A DNA stretch of 64,000 nucleotides from contig JADJDT010000002.1 of assembly GCA_016702545.1 (NCBI GenBank), forward strand, positions 16,834-80,833. The letters are read 5' to 3'. Each line of letters opens with the position of its first letter. Position 1 is the stretch's first letter. The notes under the pieces are model-generated. The model was not told the origin of the DNA. It saw nothing but the letters and a program-made list of their open reading frames with translations, and made no database searches. Below are positions 52,414-62,243 of this stretch, in pieces. The position numbers and the translations under genes were made by a program. This stretch comes from Pseudomonadota bacterium (lineage in GTDB: Bacteria > Myxococcota_A > Polyangia > GCA-2747355).

Positions 52414-53378
52414 TGGCCCCTTCCCTCCCGCAGCGCCGCGACGACCTTTCCCGCCAGGAACACCTCGGTCTTGACGAACGACTCGCGCGTGTTGCCGCCG
52501 AGATGCGGCGTCAGCACGAGGTTGTCGTGGTCGCGCGCGTAGGCGACCAGCGGGTGGTCGGCGCCAATCTGCGGCTCGCCCTCGAGCACGTCGAGCGCCG
52601 CGCCGGCCAGGCGCCCGCTGCGCAGCGCGGCCAGCAGCGCGGCGCCGTCGACCACCCCACCGCGGGCGGTGTTGATCAGGACCGCACCTGGCTTCATCGC
52701 CGCGAGCTGTGCAGCGCCCAGCAGGTGGTGCGTCTCGGGACTGTAGCTCAGGTGCAGGCTGATCAGATCGGCCTGAGCCAGCAGGGCCTCCAGCGTCTCG
52801 ACGCGCTCGGCGGCCTCGTGCGGGAAATCCGGGCGCGGGTCGTAGCCCAGCACCCGCATGCCGAGCGCACGCAAGTAGCCGGCGGTGATGGTCCCCAGCC
52901 GCCCCATCCCGACCAGTCCCGCGGTCTTCTCGAAGAGCTCGCTGCCACGCCAGCGGTCGCGCTCCCAGTGCCCCTGCAGCACGGCGCCGTGCGCCGCGGG
53001 AAGGTGCCGCAGCAAGGCCAAGGCCAGCGCCAGCGTGTGCTCGGCCGTGGCGCGCACCTGCCGCAGGAAGGCGCTCTCGCCGCGCAGGCTGAGCACCCGA
53101 ACGCCGCGTGCGGCGCAGGCCGCGAGATCGATGTGGTCCAGGCCGGTGACCGGGGTGGCGACGACCCAGCAGCGGCGCGCCGCGGCCAACGCCTCGGCGT
53201 CGAGGCGGTGACCGAGGCGCAGCCAGAGCACGTCGTAGTCCGCCAGCGCCCGGGTCAGTGGGACGCTGGCGTCGAGCTCGACCTCGGCCGCGTCACGCAG
53301 CAACCCCAACGCCTCGGCGCTGAAGTCGCGCGGCTCGGCGATCAGCAGCCGCGGACGCCGCTCAGTGGGCGCGGTCAT
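52410..53378 (-). CDS. D-isomer-specific 2-hydroxyacid dehydrogenase-family NAD-dependent oxidoreductase
   Basis: GLVGMGRLGTITAGYL NAD-binding motif and catalytic region (LLAQADLISLHLSYSPETHHLLGAAQLAAMKPGAVLINTARG) with the family Arg/Glu/His triad; internal ATG start. Confidence 0.8.
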   Translation of the reverse strand: MTAPTERRPRLLIAEPRDFSAEALGLLRDAAEVELDASVPLTRALADYDVLWLRLGHRLDAEALAAARRCWVVATPVTGLDHIDLAACAARGVRVLSLRGESAFLRQVRATAEHTLALALALLRHLPAAHGAVLQGHWERDRWRGSELFEKTAGLVGMGRLGTITAGYLRALGMRVLGYDPRPDFPHEAAERVETLEALLAQADLISLHLSYSPETHHLLGAAQLAAMKPGAVLINTARGGVVDGAALLAALRSGRLAGAALDVLEGEPQIGADHPLVAYARDHDNLVLTPHLGGNTRESFVKTEVFLAGKVVAALREGRGQ

Positions 53379-54540
53379 CGGTCGCGCTGTAGGCGAGCTG
53401 CTTCTGCAGGTAGGGCTGCAGCCGCGCCAACGCCTCGGCGATTCGCGGCGCGACCTGACCATCCCCATAGAGGGTGCTCGGCGCGTAGAGCCCGTGGGCG
53501 AGCTGCGCCCGCGTCGCCGCCACGATCGCCCCGCGATCGACCTCGACGCGGCGCACATGCTCGGCAGTCTCGCGGCCATTCTGTCGGTGACCGACCAGCA
53601 CCACCGGCGTGCCGAGCAAGCCAGCATCGCGGACGAAGCTGCTCGAGTTGCCGATCGCGCACGCGGCGCGCCCCAGCACGCGCAGGTAGTCCTCGGGGGT
53701 CAAGTTGGTCAGCGTGCGCAACCAGCGTCCGCCGCCGTGGTCGCTGCGGAAGACGCGCACGGCCTTGGAGATCTCATCCGAGCCGGCGTCGATGTTCGGC
53801 CACAACAGCACGGTCGGCGTCGCCAGCTCCCCAAGCGCCTCGAGCAGCGTCCACATCGCGCGCCGCTCGCCGCCGTACTCGGTCGTCGTGGGGTGAAAGA
53901 CCACCAGCAGGAAGGGCTGACCGGCATCGATCGGGCAGCCCGCCCCGCGCTCGTTGAGCACCGCCGGCCACTGGCTGCGATCGAGCTGCCGCGCGATGTC
54001 GCTGCTCGGGCAGCCGACCGTCAGCACGGTGTCGGGGCGTTCGCCCATCCGCACGACGTACTCGGCCGCGCGCCGGGTCGACGGGCAATGGAACTGCGCC
54101 AGCTTGGTCAGGGCGTGGCGGGCGCTCTCGTCGATCGAGCCGCTGACCTCGCCGCCCTGGAGGTGCACGATCGGCACGTTCATGTAGGCCGCCGCCAACC
54201 CCGCCGCCAGGGCCTCGTAGCGGTCGCCGATCAGCAGCAGCAGATCCGGACTCAGCCGCTGCAGCTCGCTGGCGAACTCGATCGTGGCGAAGCCGACGGA
54301 CTTGGCCATCGTCGTGGGCGTCGAGCCCTCGAGCTCGAGATAGACCTCGCCGTCGACCCGGAAGCCATCGTCGCGCACCACCTGCACCGGGCGATCGAAG
54401 CGCCGCAGCACCATCGTCCCGGCACACACCACCTGCAGCTCGAGCTGCGGGTGCTCGGCGATCGCGCGCATCACCGGCTTGAGGCGGCCGTAGTTCGCCC
54501 GGTCGACCAGCACGACCAGGACCTTGCGTCGGTTAGCCAT
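53362..54540 (-). CDS. UDP-N-acetylglucosamine 2-epimerase (hydrolysing), NeuC/LegG-like
   Basis: VLVVLVDRANYGRLKPVMRAIAEHP, HLQGGEVSGSIDE; 392 aa. Confidence 0.85.
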   Translation of the reverse strand: MANRRKVLVVLVDRANYGRLKPVMRAIAEHPQLELQVVCAGTMVLRRFDRPVQVVRDDGFRVDGEVYLELEGSTPTTMAKSVGFATIEFASELQRLSPDLLLLIGDRYEALAAGLAAAYMNVPIVHLQGGEVSGSIDESARHALTKLAQFHCPSTRRAAEYVVRMGERPDTVLTVGCPSSDIARQLDRSQWPAVLNERGAGCPIDAGQPFLLVVFHPTTTEYGGERRAMWTLLEALGELATPTVLLWPNIDAGSDEISKAVRVFRSDHGGGRWLRTLTNLTPEDYLRVLGRAACAIGNSSSFVRDAGLLGTPVVLVGHRQNGRETAEHVRRVEVDRGAIVAATRAQLAHGLYAPSTLYGDGQVAPRIAEALARLQPYLQKQLAYSATDDRAH

Positions 54541-54543
54541 GGA

Positions 54544-55623
54544 TCACTCGAGGTCCGTCAGTTGCAGCAGATGATCTTCGGCGACCGCGTGGCGTAGCAC
54601 GCGCCCCACGACCTGCGCGAGCTGGGCCGGCGGCAGCCCGGTGCCAGGCTTCTTCAGCACGAGGTCCGCGGCCACCAGCCGGTGTCCCATCGGCAGCGCC
54701 CGGCGCGCTACGATGCTCTTGGTGAAGAGCTGGCGCAAGTCGACTAGCTCGGCGGCCGCCGCGATCTTGTCGACAGGATGGGCCTGCGCCGCCTCGATGA
54801 AGCGCACCCCGCGCACCAGCTCGCGCAGCTCCTCGGGCGTGAGCGAGGCGGGCACGTCGGGACCAAAACAGTGCCGCGACAGCGTGAGGTGGACCTCGAG
54901 CATGCTGGCACCGAGGGTCACCGCCGCTAGCCCGGCGAAGATGGTCGCGGAATGGTCAGAGAGGCCGACCGGACAGCCGTAGCGCGCGCGCAGCTCGGCC
55001 AGCACGTTGAGTCCGAGCCGCTCGGGTGGACAGGGATAGGCCGTCGTGCACTGATAGAGACCGACCGGTGTGCCCTGAGCGGCGACGCAAGCGACGGCGG
55101 CGTCGAGCTCATCCCAGGTGGCGAGCCCGCTGGACAGCAGCACCGGCCGGGCGGTCCGCCCGAGCAGCTCGAGCAGCGGCAGGTTCGTCAGCTCGCCGGC
55201 GCCAACCTTCCAGGCGGGCACGTCGAGACCCACCAGCAGCTCGACCGCTGCCAGTGAGAAGGGCGACGAGAGGAAGAGCGCACCCAGCTCCTGGGCGTGG
55301 TCACGCAGGCCACGCCACTGCGACTCGGTAAATTCCATCCGCCGCCAGTAGTCATAGCGGCTGGCATCTTGGCGGCTGAACTTGACGCGAAAGGGCTCGT
55401 GCGGCGTCGACTCTTCGGCGGCGAGGTGCGTCTGGAACTTGACTGCGTCGGCCCCCGCGGCGATTGCCGCCGCGAGGTGGGCATGGGCCTGGCCGAGGCT
55501 GCCGTCGTGCGCCTGAGCGATCTCGGCGACGACCAGACATGGGTGTCCGGGGCCAACGGCGCGCGCGCCGATGCGAAACGAGCTAGCCAGCGAAGGATGG
55601 GGGCTCATCGTGCTTCCGACCAC
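54544..55623 (-). CDS. Nonulosonic acid synthase (NeuB/LegI/PseI family: N-acetylneuraminate synthase-like with SAF domain)
   Basis: NeuB TIM-barrel motifs (VVAEIAQAHDGSLGQAHAHLAAAIAAGADAVKFQ, GLSDHS) and C-terminal SAF/antifreeze-like domain. Confidence 0.9.
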   Translation of the reverse strand: MVGSTMSPHPSLASSFRIGARAVGPGHPCLVVAEIAQAHDGSLGQAHAHLAAAIAAGADAVKFQTHLAAEESTPHEPFRVKFSRQDASRYDYWRRMEFTESQWRGLRDHAQELGALFLSSPFSLAAVELLVGLDVPAWKVGAGELTNLPLLELLGRTARPVLLSSGLATWDELDAAVACVAAQGTPVGLYQCTTAYPCPPERLGLNVLAELRARYGCPVGLSDHSATIFAGLAAVTLGASMLEVHLTLSRHCFGPDVPASLTPEELRELVRGVRFIEAAQAHPVDKIAAAAELVDLRQLFTKSIVARRALPMGHRLVAADLVLKKPGTGLPPAQLAQVVGRVLRHAVAEDHLLQLTDLE

Positions 55624-55643
55624 GGGGCGGCGGGACTATACGG

Positions 55644-58034
55644 CTATCGCCGAGGGTTGGCCACCAGCACCTTGCGCGCCTCCTCGAGCTCGTAGGCGGC
55701 GCGGTGCGAACGCCCGGCGGCGCGATGGATGCTCGCGAGCAGATAGTGCGCGTTGGCCAGCTCGCCACTGCTACGACCGGCGCTTAGCAGCCCCTCGGCG
55801 AGGGTGGCGGCCTCGTCGTGCCGCCCCGCTCGCGTGAGTGCGCCGGCCAGCGCGAGCCCCAAGGGCTGATCGCTGGCGTGGTGCTGGCGCGCGCGATGGA
55901 GCACGGTGAGCTCGGCACCGGGCGACGCTCGCCTCGTCGCCTCCGCCAGCAGCAACCAGCTCGCCGGCGCGGGATGGCGCACCACCAGAGCCCGCGCTCG
56001 CTCGACGGCGGGCTCCACCTGCCCAGCAGCTAGTAGGGCGCTGATCTCGCTGCTCATCAGGATCGGGTCGCGCAACGCCCCTTGGTCGGTCTGGTGAAGC
56101 AAAGCCAGCGCCAGGGCGAGACGCCCACGCTGGCGCAGCACCTCGACCGCCTGGCTCACCAGGGCGGGCGCGTGTGGCGGCAGGAGCGCGGCCAGATCTT
56201 CGGGCGTGCGGCAGGCGCTCAGCGCGCGATCGAGCAGCTCGGCCGAGGGCGCGCCCGCCTGCAACGCCAAGCGGTACTCGAGCAAGGCCTGTCGTCGGTG
56301 GCCGAAGCGCCGCAGCGCCGAAGCGGCCGTCAGGTGGATGCCGGGGCTGTTCGGGTAGAGGAAGAGCGCGCGGTTCAGCGCCTGCATCGTCTCGCGGCGC
56401 TGCCCGGTGGCGAGCGCTAGGCGCGCCTGGGCCAGATGTGGGAGGTAGTCCGCAGGTCGCCAACGGATGGCCTGCGCCAGTCGGCTGCGCACGGCGGAAG
56501 CAGGCAGGCCGGAGCGCAACGCCTGCGACACATCGTCAGCACTGCTCCGGCCTACCCGCGTCAGGACGGCGAGGCCCAAGACCAGCACCAAGGCGACCGG
56601 GATCAGCAGCGGTCCCGTCGGTCGCGGACGGCGCTCGCGCGATGGACGCCTGCTGGCGAGCATGCCGGCCAGGGCCGCCACGGGCAGCGCGACCCCGAGA
56701 AACTCGAGGTTGAAATCGACGAGGTTATGGACCGCCACGCCGACCACCGCGGCGACCACGGCAAGCTGCGCGGCATCGTCGCGCCGCCGACGCCACCAGA
56801 CCACCAGCGCAGCACCCGTCAGGGCGATCGCGGCCAGACCCACAGGAAGGCCCCAATCGGCGGGGAGCTGGAGGTACTGGTTCTCCAGCGATGCGTAGGT
56901 GGCGCCCGCAGGCAAACCGGGCGCGAGATATCGCGGCAGCGCGGTGGCCAAGGCCCCGCGGCCGATGCCCACCAGCCAATGCGCGCGCGCCAGCGCCCAG
57001 CCCGAGGGCCAGAGGGCCAGCTTGCCCAGCGGCAGCTCGGCGCGCTGATACTGGAGCTCGGCCACGATCTGGTCGCCGGCGAGCCAGCTCGCGCCGCCGA
57101 GCACGCCACCGGCAAGCAGCGCGACCAACGCCAACCGCCGCGCGCCACCGCGAGGGTCCCCGCGGCGCAAGAGCTGCAATCCGCCGTAGACCACCAGCGC
57201 CACGGCGAGCGAGAGGATGCCGCCGCGAGAGAGCGAGAGGAAGACGCCCACGCCGGTGACCGTAGCGGCGACGAAGAGCAGCGCACGGGTGTTGAGGGCG
57301 CGCGCCTGCGCCGCCAGACCCAGCGCAGCAAACGTGGCGAGGATCAGAAACGCAGCGCCGTGATTCGGGTTGACGAAGCTGGTGGCGATCAAGCCGGTCG
57401 CAGGGCCCTGAGCGGGCTGATAGAGCAGCAAGGGCCTCCCGGGCGCTACGACCGCTCCGATCAAGCCGAGCGCCGTCAGCACGACGCCGAGACCCATCAG
57501 GCCCTGCAGCAGGCGCTCCTGGCGCTCCGGCCGATGGAGCAGGTTCCGCGCGAGCAGGAAGACGACGGCGCAGGTGCCGTGCCGCAGCAGCTCCCAGAGC
57601 GTGTCGGCCGGGGCGAGCGAGATCGCGTGCTAGCGCGGCACCGGCCCCGCACCGGCCAGCGAAACCCGCAGCAGCTCGGCGGTCGGCGGCGCCAGCCAAT
57701 CGAGCAGCGGCAGCGGCAGCGGCACGAGCTGCAGCGCCGTGTAGCCGCCGAGCGCGAGCAAGAGCGCGCCGAAGCGCCCGACCTGGATGCCCACGCCGCT
57801 GTGGCGCTTGTAGATCACGAGCAGCACAGCGGCAACGGCGGCGACGAGCGCCGCTGCCGCCATCGTCGGCCGATGGGCCCCGCCGAGGGCCAGCGGCACT
57901 CCGAGGACGAGCAGCAGCAGCGCGAAGACCACGCCCCTGCCCGCCGCGCGGGCGGAGAGCCGGCGCGCCAAGCGATCGACCAGCCTGGCGAGGCCGGGCC
58001 GATCCGGTCCTACGCCGTCCGTGGTGGTCATCGG
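55644..58034 (-). pseudogene. O-antigen-ligase-like (Wzy_C) membrane protein with C-terminal TPR repeats, interrupted by an in-frame TAG
   Basis: ORFs 57630..58220 (N-terminal TM helices, start MTTTDG at 58034) and 55644..57497 (Wzy_C plus TPR) are in the same frame. They are separated by one TAG at 57630..57632 followed by 44 sense codons. Confidence 0.6.
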
Positions 58035-59146
58035 GCGCGCACCGCCAATGACTCCGCTTGCGAGGCCGAGCGCGTCGAGGGCTCGACGGGCTCGGCTATC
58101 GCCGACGCGGGCGGCGCCACGGACGCAAGCTCTGGCGCGGCCTGCGGGCGCGAGAGGAAGGGTCGCTCGACCAGGCGATAGGCCAGCTCGGCAGCTGCCA
58201 GGCTGACCAACAGGTTGCACCAGCCCGGCCAGCCGAGCCGCATCAGCAGCACATGCCAGAGGTAGAGGCTGTAGCTGATGCGCCCGAAATAGCGCAGCAG
58301 CGGGTGGGCGACCCAGGCGGCCGAACGTGCGTGGAGCAGAAAGAGCACGCTGCCCAGCGCACCGACCAGGAAGTCGAAATTGCTCAACTCCTGAGCCCTG
58401 GGCACCAGCAGGTAGTAGAGCACGATCACCACGCCGAAGCTGGTGACGGGCCGCGAGGCACGCAGCGGGATCAACGCGGCCGCACAGCCGAGCAGCAGCG
58501 CGTCCCAGCGGAGGACCTCATAGCTGAAGGGGCGCAGCAGCGGGACCGCGCGCAGCGCCACGGCCGCGGCCGCACCCGCCAGCGCAAGGCCCGCGGCCGT
58601 GCCGCGGCCGAAGCGCAGCAGCACGATCAGCGCAACGGGCCACAGCAGATAGAACTGCTCCTCGACCGCCAGACTCCAGGAATGGTGCAACCACTTGGAG
58701 TCCGGAACACCGTGCCAGAGCAACGGAACGTTGGTCGAGTAGGTCAGCGCGCGCGCGATCGCGCCCCACGCTGGTAGATGCGGCGCCTCGCGCCCGCTCA
58801 GCAGCACAAAGAGCGCGTAGGCGACGCAGACCAGCAGCAGCGGCGGATAGAGCGGCCGCAGGCGCCGTCCGTAGAACGCGAACAGGCGAATCCGCCCGTG
58901 AGCAGCCGCCTCGCGCAGCAGAATCGAGGTGATCAAGTACCCCGACAGCACGAAGAAGAGCTGTACGCCGATGAAGCCGCCCAGGCTGGGCAGCGGCAAG
59001 CCCGGCAGCAGCGGCACATCGTGCGGGTAGACGCCACCCGCCAGATGCGCCAGAAAGACGCACAGGATCGCCACGCCGCGCACGCCATCGAGATAGGGGA
59101 TGCGCCCATCGGCCCCGGGGGCGCTGGTGGGTGATTGCGCTGCCAT
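58028..59146 (-). CDS. Acyltransferase family 3 (OafA/YrhL-like O-acetyltransferase), membrane protein
   Basis: 10-TM AT3 profile, 372 aa. Confidence 0.85.
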   Translation of the reverse strand: MAAQSPTSAPGADGRIPYLDGVRGVAILCVFLAHLAGGVYPHDVPLLPGLPLPSLGGFIGVQLFFVLSGYLITSILLREAAAHGRIRLFAFYGRRLRPLYPPLLLVCVAYALFVLLSGREAPHLPAWGAIARALTYSTNVPLLWHGVPDSKWLHHSWSLAVEEQFYLLWPVALIVLLRFGRGTAAGLALAGAAAAVALRAVPLLRPFSYEVLRWDALLLGCAAALIPLRASRPVTSFGVVIVLYYLLVPRAQELSNFDFLVGALGSVLFLLHARSAAWVAHPLLRYFGRISYSLYLWHVLLMRLGWPGWCNLLVSLAAAELAYRLVERPFLSRPQAAPELASVAPPASAIAEPVEPSTRSASQAESLAVRAR

Positions 59147-59233
59147 CCGTCGCTACTCCCACGGCTGCAGTGATCGTCGTCGCGCCCCGCGCCGCCCGCG
59201 CGGGCGCGCTTCGCGCAGGCACACCCTGCTCGC

Positions 59234-61157
59234 TCAGCAGGCCACCCGAAAGCGTCGCAGCCAACCGGCGAGCTGCATCAGCGCCCAGAGCTGATGGCTG
59301 GCGCGGAAGACGCTACTCTCCACGTCATCCGTCTGTCGCGCAAGCCCTTGCGTCAGCAGCCGCTGCAGCGCCGGCGGCGCGAGCAGCGCGTGCAGGCCGT
59401 CGGGTGCCTGGTCGGCGAGCAGCTCACGCGCAAGCGCGGCATAGGCGGCGTTCTGGAAGCGATGCAGGGGGATACTGAAGCCCGTCTTGGGGTGGTCGAA
59501 GACGACGGGCGGCAGCTCGCGACGCATCGCGCGGCGCAGGATCGCCTTGCCCACGCCGCCGCTGATCAACAGCGCGTCCGGTAGGCGCAGCGCGAGCTCG
59601 GCGACCTCGGCGTCGAGCAAGGGCGCCCGCACCTCGAGCGAGGCCGCCATGCTCATGCGATCGACCTTGGTCAGCATGTCCTCGGGCAGGTTGACCTTCA
59701 GCCGGTAGTACATCAGCCGGCGCAGCACGCTCCACGACTCGGCCTCCGCGGGCAGCGTCGTCGCCAAGCGGCAAGCGGCCGCCGCTCGTCGCCAGCGCCT
59801 GGGGGTCGCGCAGCAGGCCAGCGAGCTCGCCCGGCTCGAAGAGCCCAGCGACGGTCACCGGCAACAGCTCGAGCGGCTCAAGCGTCGCCGCGAGGCCGCG
59901 CCGCAGGCGGCGCCAACGCGTGGCCTGGCTGGTCGGCACCCAGGGACCGGCCGCCGTCGCCAGCGCGACCCCCGCCTGGCGCAGCCAGCGCGGCACCCGC
60001 TGGGCGGCAGCCACGCGCTGCCCCCAACGAAAGAAGGGATAGCCGCCGAACATCTCGTCGCCGCCGTCACCCGAGAGCGCGACGGTGACATGCTGACGCA
60101 CGTACTTGCTCAGCACGTAGGTCGGGATGGCCGAGGTGTCGTAGAAGGGCAGCCCGACCTGCTCGACGATGCGCCAGAAGTCCTCGGCGCCGAAGCCGAG
60201 GTTCGGCACCACCAGCTCGTGATGCTCGGTGCCGAGCTGCGTGGCGACGGTGCGGGCAATCGCGCTCTCGTCGTAGCCGGCCTCCTCGAAGCGCACGGTG
60301 AAGGTCTTGACGCGGCCCGGCACGGCCTGGCGCAGCAGCGCGACGACCGTGCTCGAATCGATGCCCCCGGAGAGGAAGGCGCCCAGCGGCACGTCGCTGA
60401 TCGACTGGCGCCGCACCGCGGCGAGCACCGTCGCATGCACCGCCTCCGCCGCGACCTCCGGCTCGGCCAAGGCGGGGTCGACCCGCAGCGTGGGCTGGTA
60501 ATAGGGTGCGACCGTGAGCTGCCCCGCGCGATAGCGCAGCCAGTGCCCCGCGGGCAACATGCGCACGTCGCGTAGCATCGTCAACGGCGCCGGCACCATG
60601 CCCAGACGCAGATAGTAGCCGAGGGCCTCGCGGTCGAGGCGCCGCGGCACGAGCGGCAGCTCCAGTAGGCTGCGCACCTCCGAGCTGAAGGCGAAGCCCT
60701 CGGCTGGACCGTGCCAGTAGTAGAGCGGCTTCTCGCCGAAGCGGTCGCGCGCGAGGAAGAGCGAGCCGTCGCGGCGATCGTGCAGACAGCAGGCGAACAT
60801 CCCCTTGAGCAGCCCCAGCGCCTCCGCACCGTGCTCCTCGTAGAGATGGACGATGACCTCGGTGTCCGAGGCCGTGGCGAAGCGGTGTCCCCGTTGGATC
60901 AGGCGCGCGCGCAGCTCCTGGAAGTTGTAGATCTCGCCGTTGAAGACGATCGTCAGCGCGCCATCTTCGTTGTGCAGCGGCTGCTGGCCGCCGGCGAGGT
61001 CGATGATCGCCAGCCGACGCATCGCGCAGCTGAAGCCGTCGCCGTCGAACTGCCCGCTGCCATCAGGCCCGCGATGCACCAGCGCCTGGTTCATCCGCGC
61101 GACGTGCTGCGGACGGTCGGCGAGCCGGGGCGCGTAGACGCCGCAAATGCCGCACAC
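59234..61157 (-). pseudogene. asnB: Asparagine synthase (glutamine-hydrolysing) homolog (WbpS-like amidotransferase) disrupted by a 7-bp tandem duplication
   Basis: N-terminal MCGICG Ntn-amidotransferase domain plus PP-loop SGGIDSS in frame 1 (to about 59790). C-terminal YYRLKVNLPEDMLTKVDRMSMAASLEVRAPLLD in frame 2. Junction carries CCGCTTGCCGCTTG; removing one 7-mer restores ...ALATSGGRLATTLPAEAESWS... Confidence 0.7.
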
Positions 61158-61166
61158 GCCGCGTCC

Positions 61167-62204
61167 TCAACCGTTCAGCACGTCGAAGAGCCGCGCGTAG
61201 CCGAGCTGCAAGAGCGAGCGCACCCGGCGGTGGCGCGCCAAGACGCGTAGCTGTCGCGTCACGAAGTCGCTGGGGCGGGCCGCGCGCTTGGGCCCCGAGC
61301 CCGAGCCCGTGGCGCCCGCGGCACCGGCACCCGCCTGAGACAGCACGGCCAGCGCGGCGCGATCGTCAGCGCTCATCGTGTTGCCGATGTGGCGCACCAG
61401 CGGGTCGGTCAACGAAAGGCGCAGCTTGCCCAGGCGGTTGACGCGCGCGTCCCACTCGCGCTCGTCGCCAGCCAGCGCCTGACGGCCCTCCAGCGGCAGC
61501 ACGGCCAGCGCCACCTCCTTCGGCACGACGAACTGGAAGTGCCCGGCGTAGGCATAGGCCGCGACGCCCGCGCGCGTCAGTCGCACGTCCTCGTAGTCCC
61601 GCTCCTGGAAGGCGGGGTCGCCATGGGTGCCCAGGCTGCGCGCGTGCTCGTCCAGCACGGCCCGCGGCACCAGATCGCCGCGCTCCACGGTCACGCCGGC
61701 CCCCGTCTCGGCATAGCGCAGCGTCGCGCTGAGCTGGGCCTCGCGGTGGATCGAGGCCGTCCGTGAGGGGCGGCCGGTGACCATGCCAACGTTCTCGAAG
61801 GCCCGCAGGACCTCGAGGCTGCGCTCGAGCCAGCCCGGCGAGAAGTAGACGTCGCTGTCCATGAAGGCCAGATAGCGCCCCGGGCAGGCCGGAAAGAGCA
61901 CGTTCCAGGCGCCCGTCTTGCCCAGGTTCTCGGCCGCGAGCAGCAGGAGCGAGATCACGCCCTCAGCGTGCAGCTCCAGCAGGTACTCGCGCACCTCGGC
62001 GCAGCTCCCGTTGTCGAGCACGACCAGATCGAAGGGCGTCGCGGTGTGGGCCCGCAGGCTGCCCAGGCAGAGCTTGAGCACGTCGAAGCTCTGCTCCCAA
62101 TAGCCGTCCAGCTGGGGGATGTAGACCAGCGTGCAGACGCTGACCTCCTGGGCCTCGAACCGGCGATCCAGCTTCTTGAGGGGGTTCTGCCCGACTCGCG
62201 GCAT
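61167..62204 (-). CDS. Glycosyltransferase family 2-like
   Basis: FDLVVLDNGS, FMDSDVYF (DxD), 345 aa. Confidence 0.75.
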   Translation of the reverse strand: MPRVGQNPLKKLDRRFEAQEVSVCTLVYIPQLDGYWEQSFDVLKLCLGSLRAHTATPFDLVVLDNGSCAEVREYLLELHAEGVISLLLLAAENLGKTGAWNVLFPACPGRYLAFMDSDVYFSPGWLERSLEVLRAFENVGMVTGRPSRTASIHREAQLSATLRYAETGAGVTVERGDLVPRAVLDEHARSLGTHGDPAFQERDYEDVRLTRAGVAAYAYAGHFQFVVPKEVALAVLPLEGRQALAGDEREWDARVNRLGKLRLSLTDPLVRHIGNTMSADDRAALAVLSQAGAGAAGATGSGSGPKRAARPSDFVTRQLRVLARHRRVRSLLQLGYARLFDVLNG

Positions 62205-62243
62205 GGCTCTCGCTCCGGCAGGGAGTAGGGGCGCGGCGTCTGG

